From Rickettsiaceae bacterium (lineage in GTDB: Bacteria > Pseudomonadota > Alphaproteobacteria > Rickettsiales > Rickettsiaceae), in the NCBI GenBank assembly GCA_965233855.1, contig OZ247586.1, positions 788,835-852,834 on the forward strand: DNA of 64,000 nt, read 5' to 3'. Under the pieces are notes generated by a model. The model saw only the letters and a program-made list of their open reading frames with translations, did no database searches and was not told the DNA's origin. Below are positions 9,547 to 20,296 of the stretch, one piece after another; positions within the stretch are counted from its first letter, which is position 1, and the number at the start of each line of letters is the position of its first letter. The translations under genes and the position numbers were made by a program.

Positions 9547-11496
9547 CTATTCCTTATTATTTTCCTTCTCTTCTTTCTTTACTACTTTTTTCTTTTCCAC
9601 TTTATCTTTCTCAACCTTTTTAACAACAGGCTTTTCTTCTTTTTTTACAACTTTCTTCTTTTTTCCATCGCCAGGAAAATCTGGCTCATCTTCTTCATCA
9701 ATTGAATTACCCAACAGTAAATTCTTTATCTGCTTTCCAGATAATGTTTCATGCTCAATCAAAGCCTTTGCTAAAACATGCAACTGATCCAAATGTTTTG
9801 TCAGTATACTTTTTGCAAAATCATAACCTTCATCAACGATTCTACGCACTTCTGTATCAATTGCTTCCGATGTTTTTTCAGAACGAGTTTTATCACCAGC
9901 CCCGGATGCATACATATCTTCATTACTTTTACCATGGAATACAGGGCCTACTGCATCACTCAGCCCCCACTCTGTCACCATAGCTTGAGCCATTTTTGTT
10001 GCCATTTTTATATCTGACGACGCTCCTGATGTAACTTTTTCATGACCAAATATAATTTCTTCAGCCACTCGACCTGCCATAGCAACAGCGATATCAGCTT
10101 TCATCTTTTCTAACGCCATAGAAAATCTATCATTCTCTGGGAGGCGCATAACCATTCCTAAAGCACGACCTCTAGGTATAATAGTTGCTTTATGAATTGG
10201 ATCAGACGCTGGACAATGTAATCCAACTAAAGCATGCCCACCTTCATGATAAGCAGTGAGTTTTTTCTCATCATCAGACATTGCCATGGATTTTCTTTCA
10301 ACACCCATAAGCACCTTATCTTTTGCCTCTTCCATATCACTCATATCCACAAGTTTTTTACCACGTCTTGCAGCAAGCAATGCAGATTCATTAACTAGAT
10401 TTTGCAATTCCGCACCTGAAAAACCTGGAGTACCACGAGCTATAATCCTTGGTTCTACTTTTTCAGAATGTTTTATTTTCTTCATATGAACTTTTAAAAT
10501 CTGCTCACGGCCATTAAGATCAGGATTAGAAACCGATATCTGTCTATCAAATCTACCTGGACGAAGCAATGCTGGATCCAAAACATCTGGTCTATTAGTT
10601 GCTGCAATAATAACAACACCTTCATTTGCTTCAAAACCATCCATCTCAACAAGCATTTGGTTCAGCGTCTGTTCACGCTCATCATTACCACCACCCATAC
10701 CAATACCTCTGTGACGGCCAACAGCATCTATCTCATCAATAAATATAATACATGGAGCATTCTTTTTACCTTGCTCAAACATATCACGCACACGGCTAGC
10801 ACCAACACCGACAAACATTTCAACAAAATCCGAACCCGAAATACTAAAAAACGGAACGTTAGCTTCACCAGCAATTGCTTTTGCAAGCAGTGTCTTACCA
10901 GTTCCTGGAGGACCAATTAATAAGCACCCTTTTGGAATTTGACCACCTAATTTCTGGAACTTTCCAGGATTCCTCAAGAAATCTACAATTTCAGATAGTT
11001 CTTCTTTTGCTTCATCAATACCAGCAACATCAGCAAAAGTAATCTTTGGACCTTTATCAGAAATCAATTTAGCTTTTGATTTACCAAAGCCCATACCTTT
11101 ACTTCCACCTTGCATCTGACGCATGAAAAATACCCAAACACCAATCAATAGAATCATTGGAAACCAAGAAACAAAAATGCTAAATAATGAATTCATCTTT
11201 GTATCTGGAGGAGTCACATCAATATAAACACCATTAATACTTAGCTTATCTATTAAACCTGGATAATCTGCAGCATATGTAGTAAACGAAGTACCATCAG
11301 CTAGCTTTCCTTCGATATGTCGCCCCTGGATCTTAACTGCATTTACTTGTCTTTCATCTACTCGATTTAAAAAATCTGAAAATGCTAGATTCTCACTTCT
11401 TCCACTAATGCCATCACCTTGCATAGCATTAAAAGTCATGATCATTAAAATGAAAACAAAAATCCAAATAAAAATGTGCTTGTTCTGATTATTCAT
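9547..11496 (-). CDS. ftsH: ATP-dependent zinc metalloprotease FtsH
   Basis: Walker A GPPGTGKT, the SRH region and the HEGGHA zinc motif. Two N-terminal TM segments. Lys/Glu-rich low-complexity C-terminal tail. Confidence 0.97.
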   Translation of the reverse strand: MNNQNKHIFIWIFVFILMIMTFNAMQGDGISGRSENLAFSDFLNRVDERQVNAVKIQGRHIEGKLADGTSFTTYAADYPGLIDKLSINGVYIDVTPPDTKMNSLFSIFVSWFPMILLIGVWVFFMRQMQGGSKGMGFGKSKAKLISDKGPKITFADVAGIDEAKEELSEIVDFLRNPGKFQKLGGQIPKGCLLIGPPGTGKTLLAKAIAGEANVPFFSISGSDFVEMFVGVGASRVRDMFEQGKKNAPCIIFIDEIDAVGRHRGIGMGGGNDEREQTLNQMLVEMDGFEANEGVVIIAATNRPDVLDPALLRPGRFDRQISVSNPDLNGREQILKVHMKKIKHSEKVEPRIIARGTPGFSGAELQNLVNESALLAARRGKKLVDMSDMEEAKDKVLMGVERKSMAMSDDEKKLTAYHEGGHALVGLHCPASDPIHKATIIPRGRALGMVMRLPENDRFSMALEKMKADIAVAMAGRVAEEIIFGHEKVTSGASSDIKMATKMAQAMVTEWGLSDAVGPVFHGKSNEDMYASGAGDKTRSEKTSEAIDTEVRRIVDEGYDFAKSILTKHLDQLHVLAKALIEHETLSGKQIKNLLLGNSIDEEDEPDFPGDGKKKKVVKKEEKPVVKKVEKDKVEKKKVVKKEEKENNKE

Positions 11497-11506
11497 TAAA
11501 TTCTTC

Positions 11507-12802
11507 CTATAAGAAATGGGTAAAACGCGAAACGAAACCGGGTCTAAAAATAATATCTACTCTAGAATCAGCTTCAAAATCATCATAATAAGATATATGG
11601 GGGATTGCTACGATTTTTTCAAGGTTTTTAATTACTGGTAGTGTAAATAAAATATCTTTATGGTTATTATTACTTAGATTAGCTAATTTCTGCAAATCTA
11701 ATTCTTCCTTTATTTTGACATAATCTTCCATAACTAATCTTTCTATTTTATATTCTCTAACCAATGTATTATTTATATCAAATCTAAATCTATTATCCCA
11801 AATAATTGCATCAGCCAGAAAAACTTCCTTCTTTGCTACATCGGCCTTTTCCCTGAATATCAATATATTATCCTTAGTTCTTCGTAAGACACAACCATTT
11901 AGAGTACAATCAAATTCATCACCAGACCTAACTTTACCAAGTAATTTTTTTACACTTCGATAACGCGGAGCATCCAATTTACCACTCACAGAAGTCAAAA
12001 CAAAATTTATCAAATAAACTGCAATTTTATAATTTATTTTTACATAAGAATTTAAATCAATCAAAGCAAATCCAAAATTATTAAATTTAACATTCTCTGC
12101 AATCGCTTCTATAAATTCTACATTTATAGTTTCAGCTTTCTGATTAACAATAGAGAATTCTTCTTGAAGAGATTTTTTTTCTTCAGGTAAATATGATGTT
12201 ATTTGCTTACGAATTCTATTCCTTTCATATAAATCTGAGCTATTTGATTTATCTTCAATCCAATTAATTGAATTGGATGTTAAATATTTTATAAGGTCAT
12301 CTTTCTCAAAATTATAAAATGGACGAAGAATCTGAATATTATCAAAGAAAGCTGAATATTGACTACTCAAACCAAGCACCCCACTCTTCTTACTCTTACG
12401 CATTAAATAATTTTCTAGAGAATCATAATAATGATGAGCAGTCAAAAGCGTCCTAATCGATAATTCATGACATTTCTTAGTCATCATATCATACCTAGCT
12501 TTTCTTGCTCTCTCTTGCATGGAACTTTTTTTTCCATCATGGTGCCAAATTAATCGGATACACTCATGTCCTAGCCCCTGCGCTTCTTCTTTAACAAATT
12601 CCACTTCACTAACAGATTCTTCGCGCAATTTATGATCTACTGACAATACAATTAGCCTAATATCATTCTCTTTAGCCCATTTTGATGCAAGATACAAAAG
12701 AGCCATAGAATCAGCTCCTCCAGAAACAGCTAAGGCGACTCCCGAAGAAATCGCCTTATCAAAATTCTGATTCAGAAAATCATTAAACTGTCTTTCAAGC
12801 AT
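11507..12802 (-). CDS. tilS: tRNA(Ile)-lysidine synthase
   Basis: PP-loop SGGADS near the N-terminus. Conserved tilS-ftsH adjacency (10-nt gap). Confidence 0.88.
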   Translation of the reverse strand: MLERQFNDFLNQNFDKAISSGVALAVSGGADSMALLYLASKWAKENDIRLIVLSVDHKLREESVSEVEFVKEEAQGLGHECIRLIWHHDGKKSSMQERARKARYDMMTKKCHELSIRTLLTAHHYYDSLENYLMRKSKKSGVLGLSSQYSAFFDNIQILRPFYNFEKDDLIKYLTSNSINWIEDKSNSSDLYERNRIRKQITSYLPEEKKSLQEEFSIVNQKAETINVEFIEAIAENVKFNNFGFALIDLNSYVKINYKIAVYLINFVLTSVSGKLDAPRYRSVKKLLGKVRSGDEFDCTLNGCVLRRTKDNILIFREKADVAKKEVFLADAIIWDNRFRFDINNTLVREYKIERLVMEDYVKIKEELDLQKLANLSNNNHKDILFTLPVIKNLEKIVAIPHISYYDDFEADSRVDIIFRPGFVSRFTHFL

Positions 12803-14373
12803 TACTCAAATACGCACTGCACTGAAAGTCTAGCAATAGTATCATCAAGATGTGCAAATAATTCTTTCTTAATCTGCTTTTCATCTTCAATTTTCTTATT
12901 ATCTTTATTTAGAGTAATTTGACCATTTTTTGCCTCTTCCATCAAATGATCAAGAATTTGCTCTTTGCTATTCTTACCATCCATATATTTTATGGCAAAC
13001 TTATCAAAGAAATTAATTGAAATTGGAGCATGAGTTTGGCTTGTAACCCAATTATTAGATGTTTTTTCAACTTGATGCTTCACCAACTTATTAACGCTTG
13101 GCTTATCAAGCTTGATTTTTTCTTTATCTCTACTATTAAGGTGCAAATCCATGTATCCTTTAATAACAAGATTCATCACGTTTTTAACTAACTCAGCCTC
13201 AATCGCAGCTTTTGCATCGCCTTTAATTAGCTTATCTGCTTTTTCAATCAAATCATTAAAGCTAATCGGATAGCCTTTATTCTCAATTAAAACATAAAAA
13301 ACCGCCTTCAAAGCCGGAGAAGTAGATGTAATATATTGATCTTTATTACCCTTAAAATAGAATTTCAATGGATCATTATTCTCAAGAGTAATGTCTTTCA
13401 ATGCTTTTTCTGCAGTAATATCAAGGGATAAAGCAAATTTTCTTGCGCTATCATTATCAAGAGATCTATTAAGTTTTACATCATCATGACAAAGCAAAGT
13501 ACTTCTAAATCTTCTATTAGTTATAAAATCCATATATTGCTCAGTACGTACAATATCATTTATTCCTTGCAGCTTCTCAGCTACTGATTGCTTCATATTA
13601 CCTACATACATCGATGATAATGAGCAATCAGATAAATATTGTAACCCTTGCTTATTGGCCATAGCCATAAAATCACTAAAATAGAATTGCTTGTTATTGT
13701 CTTCAAGATGCTCATGCCTAATATAATGATCCCCCTGTTTTGAAAGAAGCTCCGCTTCTTGCTTAAGTACTTTTGCATATGGAGTATCTGAACCTTCCAA
13801 ACTCTCTTTAACAAACTCAAGCAATGCACGTGATTGAGTCACCTTATCACTTTCTGCAAAAGTTTGTGCATGGTACATCATCATATCTCTAACAGTTCTG
13901 ACCATGTTCCAGCCTGGAAGAGTATTATAACTTATATAAGCAATACCATTTTTATTTAAATTTTTCTTTGCAACTTCAACAATCTTGTCTTGTACAAAAT
14001 CAGGAACCCACGAAAGCACACCGTGGCAAATAATATAATCAAACTTACCAAACGATTCATCTATATCAGCTATTGAACCATGCTTAAGCTCAATATTCTT
14101 TAATCCCATTTCTTTAATATGCTTTTTTCCAGCATCAATTTGCACTTTAGATAAATCTATACCAACATATTTTCCTTTTGGGTAATGCACTGCGTGAGGA
14201 ATTATATTACCACCTTCCGCACAACCTAATTCAAGAACACTAGCTGTTTCAATAGCTGGTGGATTCATACCAAACAAAGTACCAAGCATTGCTAGCTTTT
14301 CAGGGCTACTTTGTGCATATGGATAGCTTTGGTATGGTGTTTCATCATATGCTTTTTGTACGTTATCTATCAT
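12802..14373 (-). CDS. Class I SAM-dependent methyltransferase with a long C-terminal domain, resembling Rickettsia protein-lysine methyltransferases (PKMT)
   Basis: AYDETPYQSYPYAQSSP N-terminus, SAM motif I VLELGCAEGGN, then GKFDYIICHGVLSWVP and YISYNTLPGW blocks. About 330 further residues follow. The stop overlaps the tilS ATG (TAATG). Confidence 0.7.
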   Translation of the reverse strand: MIDNVQKAYDETPYQSYPYAQSSPEKLAMLGTLFGMNPPAIETASVLELGCAEGGNIIPHAVHYPKGKYVGIDLSKVQIDAGKKHIKEMGLKNIELKHGSIADIDESFGKFDYIICHGVLSWVPDFVQDKIVEVAKKNLNKNGIAYISYNTLPGWNMVRTVRDMMMYHAQTFAESDKVTQSRALLEFVKESLEGSDTPYAKVLKQEAELLSKQGDHYIRHEHLEDNNKQFYFSDFMAMANKQGLQYLSDCSLSSMYVGNMKQSVAEKLQGINDIVRTEQYMDFITNRRFRSTLLCHDDVKLNRSLDNDSARKFALSLDITAEKALKDITLENNDPLKFYFKGNKDQYITSTSPALKAVFYVLIENKGYPISFNDLIEKADKLIKGDAKAAIEAELVKNVMNLVIKGYMDLHLNSRDKEKIKLDKPSVNKLVKHQVEKTSNNWVTSQTHAPISINFFDKFAIKYMDGKNSKEQILDHLMEEAKNGQITLNKDNKKIEDEKQIKKELFAHLDDTIARLSVQCVFE

Positions 14374-14401
14374 AATTTTTAATCTTTCTCCTTTAATTTT
14401 A

Positions 14402-15223
14402 TTATTTCACTGGAATTTTAAATGTGAATCCAAGTGTGAATTCTCCAACACCAATTGTTTTCTTAATTGGTGTTTGGGATTTAAATCCACCTGTTGTCAT
14501 ATCTAAAGTTTCGTACTTAATTTTAATATCTTTTACAACCTGCAATTTCGCTCCTAAGTCTACTGCAAAATTCTCTCCTATATCTCTAGATATACCTCCA
14601 CCCATCTGATAAGCAAAGCAATTATTTACATTTTTTTTAACTTTAAAAAATGCTATTGGATTAGCAAATTGCGGGATCCCAGCCAAAGCAGCTGGAGGTT
14701 GCCATATAGTTGTATTAGGTCTAATAGTAACCTGAGCAAGCCCTGCACCAAAAATAACATATGGTTTAATATCAAATTTTTGTTTTTCAAATTCATATAC
14801 CCAATTCAACGTGAATACATTTGCAGAAACTTTTGTTATATCACTAGTAATAGGTATACCTCCAGCCGGTGCAGCTGCAACTGGAAGTCCACCAGCAACA
14901 AATAGACCTTGTATAGTTGAAGTTAAATCAACTGCTGGAAGTCTATAAGCTAACCTATATTTAGGTTGATGGGTTCCAGAAATTTCAATAGACATATTAG
15001 GGTAGAAGCTATAACCAACTCGACCGCCATACATAGTTGATTGCTTTAAACGCATTCTTGTATCACCTTGATCTGAAGTATAAATAAAATTCTTAACTAC
15101 CGGCTCAGAAACACCTAGTTCCGTTCCTATATAAACATATCTATCATCTGCATTACTAGCAAGTGTAACATTACTATTTAATAATATTACGCTTGCAAGG
15201 GCTGCTATTTTAAAATTTTTCAT
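14402..15223 (-). CDS. Outer-membrane beta-barrel protein (OMP_b-brl / surface-antigen-like)
   Basis: Signal peptide MKNFKIAALASVILLNSNVTLA, alternating hydrophobic beta-strand pattern, aromatic-rich C-terminal strand GEFTLGFTFKIPVK. Confidence 0.7.
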   Translation of the reverse strand: MKNFKIAALASVILLNSNVTLASNADDRYVYIGTELGVSEPVVKNFIYTSDQGDTRMRLKQSTMYGGRVGYSFYPNMSIEISGTHQPKYRLAYRLPAVDLTSTIQGLFVAGGLPVAAAPAGGIPITSDITKVSANVFTLNWVYEFEKQKFDIKPYVIFGAGLAQVTIRPNTTIWQPPAALAGIPQFANPIAFFKVKKNVNNCFAYQMGGGISRDIGENFAVDLGAKLQVVKDIKIKYETLDMTTGGFKSQTPIKKTIGVGEFTLGFTFKIPVK

Positions 15224-15466
15224 AATTCCTTTCCTTGGTTATTGTAATGAAATCAGTGCGCACGATTATATAACTCAAATTTTTCACGTCAAATTAAAAA
15301 CACAACATGGTCCTTTTTTAAAACTTGTAACAAAATAATTTATACAAAATTAATTCAATTTTACTCCAAACACTATATCTATGAAGTTACAAAAAAACCA
15401 TCTGCTTTGCACCCCTTTTTAGGCAACATTTTTATGATTCCCTAAACATATGAAAATATAATTAAT

Positions 15467-15482
15467 ATTCTATATATAGTAT
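15467..15482. promoter_or_regulatory. Candidate NrdR box upstream of nrdA
   Basis: ATTCTATATATAGTAT matches the remembered 16-bp NrdR palindrome acaCwAtATaTwGtgt at about 13/16 positions. It lies about 125 nt upstream of the nrdA ATG. No convincing partner box was found at the usual ~31-bp spacing. Confidence 0.25.
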
Positions 15483-15607
15483 GTTTGAAAAAAAAAGATA
15501 CCACATATGCAAATTTGCTATTGAAGAAAGTCTACCTAAAGTTTATCCTTAAGGAGTGCAGTATTTTATTACAAATTAATCCAAAGAATGAATGAGGATA
15601 TACAAAA

Positions 15608-17461
15608 ATGACCATCGCCAAAGAAAGCAAATTTAATATCAAAATTGACCGAAGCAGAGACTCTAATCTTACTGACTTTGGAAAAGCAGTTCTAAAAGAC
15701 AGATATCTTCTTGAAGGTGAAGATTATCAAGATTTATTCGCTCGCGTTTCCTCATATTATGCAGATAGCCAGGAACATGCTGATAAAATGTATGATTATA
15801 TGAGTAAATTGTGGTTTATGCCAGCTACTCCTATACTGAGTAATGGAGGAACAGACAGAGGGCTTCCTATTTCATGCTTCCTAAATGAAACTGATGATAG
15901 CTTGGAAAGTATCGTTGATTTATGGAATGAAAATGTATGGCTTGCAGCGCGCGGTGGTGGAATTGGAAGCTATTGGGGGAATGTTAGGTCAATTAATGAA
16001 ACAGTTCGAGGAAATGGAAAAACATCTGGTATTATACCATTCTTAAAAGTACAAGATTCAATGACCCTTGCTATTTCTCAAGGCTCCCTAAGACGCGGAA
16101 GTTCAGCTGTATATCTACCAATTGACCATCCTGAAATCGAAGAATTTATTGATCTAAGACGCCCTACTGGTGGCGATGTTAATAGAAGAGCATTAAATAT
16201 TCACCATGGTGTTTGTGTTAGTGATGCCTTTATGGAGGCGGTTGAAAAAGATGAAGATTGGAAATTAAAAAGCCCGCTAACAAAAAAAGTACTAACAACA
16301 GTAAAAGCAAGAGAACTTTGGAGCAAACTACTTACCACAAGAATTGAAACAGGAGAGCCATATATGCTATTTATCGATACAGTAAATAAGCATATTCCTG
16401 AACATCATAAAAAGCTTGGTTTAAAAGTAAAAACTTCTAATCTTTGTGCCGAAATCACATTACCTACTGGCATTGACCATTTGGGTAATAACAGAACAGC
16501 TGTATGCTGCCTATCATCACTAAACCTTGAAAATTACCAAGCATGGAAAGATGATAAAGAATTCATCCCAAATATAATGCGTTTTCTTGACAATGTACTT
16601 GAAGATTTCATTCAAAACGCACCAGATAGCATGGCAAGAGCAGTTTATTCAGCTCAAAGAGAACGCAGTATTGGTCTAGGAGTTATGGGAATGCATTCAT
16701 TCCTACAATCACAAAATGTTCCGATTGAATCAGTGATGGCAAAAGTTTGGAATAATAAAATATTTGAGCACATAAACCAAGAAGCAGATAAATCTTCAAT
16801 AATGCTTGCAGAAGAAAGAGGAGCGTGCCTTGATGCTGAAGAAGTTGGAGTAAAAGAGAGATTTAGTAATAAAACTTCTATTGCACCTACAGCTTCTATC
16901 TCGATTATTTGCGGGAATTCATCTCCTGGTATTGAGCCATATGCTGCAAATAGTTTTACCCAAAAAACTCTAAGTGGTTCATTTACAGTAAAGAATAAAA
17001 ATTTAGTAAAACTGCTTGAAGAGAAAGGATTTAACAATGATCAAGTATGGTCATCAATTTCTACTCACGAAGGCTCTGTTCAACATTTGAGTTTCCTAAC
17101 CGATCATGAAAAAGATATATTCAAAACAGCTCCTGAAATTGACCAAAACTGGTTGATTGAGCTAGCTTCCGATCGTACTCCATACATTTCTCAAGCGCAA
17201 TCATTGAATATCTTTATGCCAGGCGATACAAGCAAACAATATCTACATGATATTCATTTCAAAGCTTGGAAAAAAGGCGTTAAAAGCTTGTATTATACTC
17301 GTTCAACATCTATACAAAGAGCCGATAAAGTATCGCACACTGTGACTCAAGCTCAAGAGATGATTGATTTAGAAAAAAGAAATAAGACAACACCAGGAGT
17401 GCCAGCAACGCGCCCGGAAAGAATTGAAAACAACTATGACGAATGCTTATCTTGTCAATAA
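15608..17461 (+). CDS. nrdA: Ribonucleoside-diphosphate reductase alpha subunit
   Basis: 617 aa with the active-site NLCAEI block, PTASIS block and C-terminal CLSCQ redox pair. Followed by nrdB. Confidence 0.95.
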   Translation: MTIAKESKFNIKIDRSRDSNLTDFGKAVLKDRYLLEGEDYQDLFARVSSYYADSQEHADKMYDYMSKLWFMPATPILSNGGTDRGLPISCFLNETDDSLESIVDLWNENVWLAARGGGIGSYWGNVRSINETVRGNGKTSGIIPFLKVQDSMTLAISQGSLRRGSSAVYLPIDHPEIEEFIDLRRPTGGDVNRRALNIHHGVCVSDAFMEAVEKDEDWKLKSPLTKKVLTTVKARELWSKLLTTRIETGEPYMLFIDTVNKHIPEHHKKLGLKVKTSNLCAEITLPTGIDHLGNNRTAVCCLSSLNLENYQAWKDDKEFIPNIMRFLDNVLEDFIQNAPDSMARAVYSAQRERSIGLGVMGMHSFLQSQNVPIESVMAKVWNNKIFEHINQEADKSSIMLAEERGACLDAEEVGVKERFSNKTSIAPTASISIICGNSSPGIEPYAANSFTQKTLSGSFTVKNKNLVKLLEEKGFNNDQVWSSISTHEGSVQHLSFLTDHEKDIFKTAPEIDQNWLIELASDRTPYISQAQSLNIFMPGDTSKQYLHDIHFKAWKKGVKSLYYTRSTSIQRADKVSHTVTQAQEMIDLEKRNKTTPGVPATRPERIENNYDECLSCQ

Positions 17462-17480
17462 ATTTTAGGAGAAATATATA

Positions 17481-18488
17481 ATGTCACTATTAGATGCAAA
17501 ACCAATTTACAAACCATTTTCATACCCTTGGGCATATGAAGCATGGCACACACAACAAAAAATCCACTGGCTACCTGAAGAAGTACCATTAGCGGATGAT
17601 GTGAAAGACTGGAAATATAATTTATCTGCAGGTGAAAAGCATCTTCTGACACAAATTTTCAGATTCTTTACGCAAGCTGATATTGAAGTGAATAATTGTT
17701 ATATGAAGCATTATTCACAAGTATTTCAACCAACAGAAGTGCAAATGATGCTTGCAGCTTTCTCTAATATGGAAACGATCCATATTGCAGCATACTCACA
17801 CCTTCTTGATACAATTGGAATGGATGAATCTGAATATCAAGCCTTCATGAAATACAAAGAAATGAAGGATAAATATGATTATATGCAAAAATTTGGTGTC
17901 GCAACTAAAGAAGATATAGCAACCACTCTTGCAGTATTTGGTGCGTTTACCGAGGGCTTGCAGCTCTTTGCCTCCTTTGCTATTCTACTAAACTTCCCAC
18001 GTTTCAATAAAATGAAGGGAATGGGGCAAATCGTAACTTGGTCTGTACGTGATGAAACTCTACATACAAATTCTATCATCACATTGTTTAAGACTTTTGT
18101 TCAAGAAAACCCTGAAGTTTGGAATGAAAACCTAAGAAGTAGACTGTATGAAGCATGCGCTACAATTGTTCACTTTGAAGATGCATTTATTGAACTTGCA
18201 TTTGAAGTTGGTGGTATTGAAGGCTTGACTGCTAGAGAAGTTAGACAATATATCAGATATATTGCTGATAGAAGATTGATGCAACTTGGTCTTAAGGAAA
18301 TTTATCTTGTTGATGATAATCCACTACCGTGGATCGATGAAATGCTAAATGGCGTTGAGCACGCAAATTTCTTCGAAGCAAGAACAACAGAATATACCAA
18401 AGCTGCCACAACCGGCACGTGGGATAATGTTTTTGCGGACATGGACACTAAAAAACCTAGCAAAAAAGAAGAAGCAAAAACTGAGTAA
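17481..18488 (+). CDS. nrdB: Ribonucleoside-diphosphate reductase beta subunit
   Basis: Di-iron/tyrosyl radical protein blocks (NMETIHIAAYSHLL, SVRDETLH). 335 aa, 19 nt after nrdA. Confidence 0.95.
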   Translation: MSLLDAKPIYKPFSYPWAYEAWHTQQKIHWLPEEVPLADDVKDWKYNLSAGEKHLLTQIFRFFTQADIEVNNCYMKHYSQVFQPTEVQMMLAAFSNMETIHIAAYSHLLDTIGMDESEYQAFMKYKEMKDKYDYMQKFGVATKEDIATTLAVFGAFTEGLQLFASFAILLNFPRFNKMKGMGQIVTWSVRDETLHTNSIITLFKTFVQENPEVWNENLRSRLYEACATIVHFEDAFIELAFEVGGIEGLTAREVRQYIRYIADRRLMQLGLKEIYLVDDNPLPWIDEMLNGVEHANFFEARTTEYTKAATTGTWDNVFADMDTKKPSKKEEAKTE

Positions 18489-18515
18489 ATTATTACTTTA
18501 CTCACCTCTAACAAA

Positions 18516-18569
18516 GAGCTCAGAATATAGAACGCACGAAATATAAAGCACGTTCTATATTCTAAGCTC
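18516..18569. repeat. Long inverted repeat (19-bp arms, one mismatch) just downstream of nrdB
   Basis: gagctcagaatatagaacg (18516-18534) pairs with cgttctatattctaagctc (18551-18569). The inner 13 bp are perfect. No T-run follows. Confidence 0.6.
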
Positions 18570-18592
18570 CTTGACTACAAAGCATGGAAACA

Positions 18593-18627
18593 GATTATCA
18601 TGAACTTTTTGCAACCTCATGATAATC
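18593..18627. repeat. Second perfect inverted repeat (11-bp arms) downstream of nrdB
   Basis: gattatcatga (18593-18603) pairs with tcatgataatc (18617-18627), with a 13-nt loop. Confidence 0.6.
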
Positions 18628-18810
18628 ACGTAATTTTGTCTATCTAGCAAATATAACCAAACCTCAATAAAAACTAAAAGACCTATTAAAATACTGATTA
18701 ATTTTACCTAAAAAATTATATTTCTTCTTGATTACAATCGAAACTATCTTTACATACAAAAAAAGACATATTACTTTAACCAAGTAATTAAATTAATCTG
18801 GAGAACTAAA

Positions 18811-19185
18811 ATGGGAAAAAGAGAAGAACAGCAAACAAGACCAGTATACGGACCAGAAAGACCACCTGTGCAAAATGATTTTCATGGTTTAACACCAGAA
18901 TTTTTTCATCAAATATGGCTTCCTCGAATACAAATGATCGTGCAAAGTGAAGGGGGAATTAGAGAGTTTCTAGCAAAAAATTCACATTTCCAGGAAATGG
19001 CGCGTATGTACATTAGAACAGATGGACAACAAGCAGCAAGATGGGTAAAAGAAAATTGCCCAGTAAATACATCAGAAGATGAAATTCTAGCATCAATGAA
19101 AGATCTTCTAAACCCATCAACTCCAGAAACTCACGAAACAGAAGTTAACTTATCTGCAGCAACAGCAGCAGACCAATCTGAATAA
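18811..19185 (+). CDS. Hypothetical protein
   Basis: 124-aa ORF with an SD-like ggaga 8 nt upstream. No recognised motif. Confidence 0.5.
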   Translation: MGKREEQQTRPVYGPERPPVQNDFHGLTPEFFHQIWLPRIQMIVQSEGGIREFLAKNSHFQEMARMYIRTDGQQAARWVKENCPVNTSEDEILASMKDLLNPSTPETHETEVNLSAATAADQSE

Positions 19186-19308
19186 AATAATTTAGCATAT
19201 TAATATAAATATGCCAAATATATCCGCATTGAAATTGACCAGGCTTCTAATATATGCTAAAAAACATCTTTATGTTGAGTACGCCTTGAAAAGCAGATTA
19301 AAACGTCA

Positions 19309-20292
19309 ATGACTAAAAACCTGAAAGAAATACTTATCGATCCTTATCTTGACCTCGAGTCTGAGATTGCTAAACTAAAGAAATCAATGAATGCCATTAT
19401 CTTGGCACATTATTATCAAGATTCAGAAATTCAAGATATAGCAGATTTTATCGGTGATTCACTGGAACTATCAAGAAAAGCTAGTGAAACTGATGCTGAT
19501 GTTATAATATTCTGCGGCGTTAAATTCATGGCAGAAGCAGCGCTGATACTTAATCCAAAAAAGAAAGTTCTGGTACCAGACTTAAGTGCTGGATGTTCTT
19601 TGGAAGATTCATGCCCTGCAGATAGATTTGAAAAATTCAGGAATAAACACCCAAATCATGTTTCTGTGACATACATAAATTGCTCAGCAGAAGTAAAAGC
19701 CCTATCTGACATAATCGTCACATCTTCTAGCGCCGAGAAAATAATTAATTCTATTCCAGAAGACAAAGAAATATTATTTGCACCTGACAAACATCTAGGC
19801 AACTATTTAATTCGTAAAACTGGCCGTAACATGACCTTATGGGAAGGTACATGCATTGTTCATGAGAATTTTTCTGAGCGTGAACTAGTACGCCTGAAAA
19901 CAACACACCCAGAAGCTAAAATCATAGCTCACCCAGAATGCCCTACTCAGCTCCTTGAATATGCAAATCACATTGGTTCTACATCTTCATTATTAAATTA
20001 TACAAAAGAAAATAATGGTAAAGAATTTATTGTTCTAACTGAACCAGGAATTATTCACCAGATGCATAAACTATCACCTGATAGCACTTTCTATGATGTA
20101 CCATCTCTAGATAAGGCAGGATGCACTTCTTGTAGCGAATGCCCATTTATGCGTCTTAATACATTAGAAAAAATATATGCATGCATGGTCAATGGTGCAC
20201 CTGAGATTATTTTAGATCCAAAAATTTCTAGGAAAGCAAAGCTAGCATTAGATAGAATGCTAGCTGGAAAATACTTATTAGAAGAAGCTTAA
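19309..20292 (+). CDS. nadA: Quinolinate synthase
   Basis: [26 protein letters not shown]-terminal block, HPEC block and a C-terminal Cys cluster. 327 aa. Confidence 0.88.
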   Translation: MTKNLKEILIDPYLDLESEIAKLKKSMNAIILAHYYQDSEIQDIADFIGDSLELSRKASETDADVIIFCGVKFMAEAALILNPKKKVLVPDLSAGCSLEDSCPADRFEKFRNKHPNHVSVTYINCSAEVKALSDIIVTSSSAEKIINSIPEDKEILFAPDKHLGNYLIRKTGRNMTLWEGTCIVHENFSERELVRLKTTHPEAKIIAHPECPTQLLEYANHIGSTSSLLNYTKENNGKEFIVLTEPGIIHQMHKLSPDSTFYDVPSLDKAGCTSCSECPFMRLNTLEKIYACMVNGAPEIILDPKISRKAKLALDRMLAGKYLLEEA

Positions 20293-20296
20293 TAAG

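Noticed and set aside
9702-10920. Several 60-93-aa ORFs on both strands inside ftsH. Similar shadow ORFs lie inside coxC (1075-1338), sdhB/sdhA (5400-5603, 6931-7137), nrdA (16654-17037), recJ, mutS, mutL and the MFS gene
   Set aside because: They overlap strongly supported conserved genes, in antisense or in an alternative frame. They have low-complexity, unprotein-like sequences and no ribosome-binding sites.
15370-15514. Additional NrdR boxes (ACACTATATCTATGAA at 15370 and ACCACATATGCAAAT near 15500)
   Set aside because: Only half-site quality. The spacing to the better box at 15467-15482 (about 98 bp and about 31 bp respectively) does not combine with sequence quality into a convincing pair.
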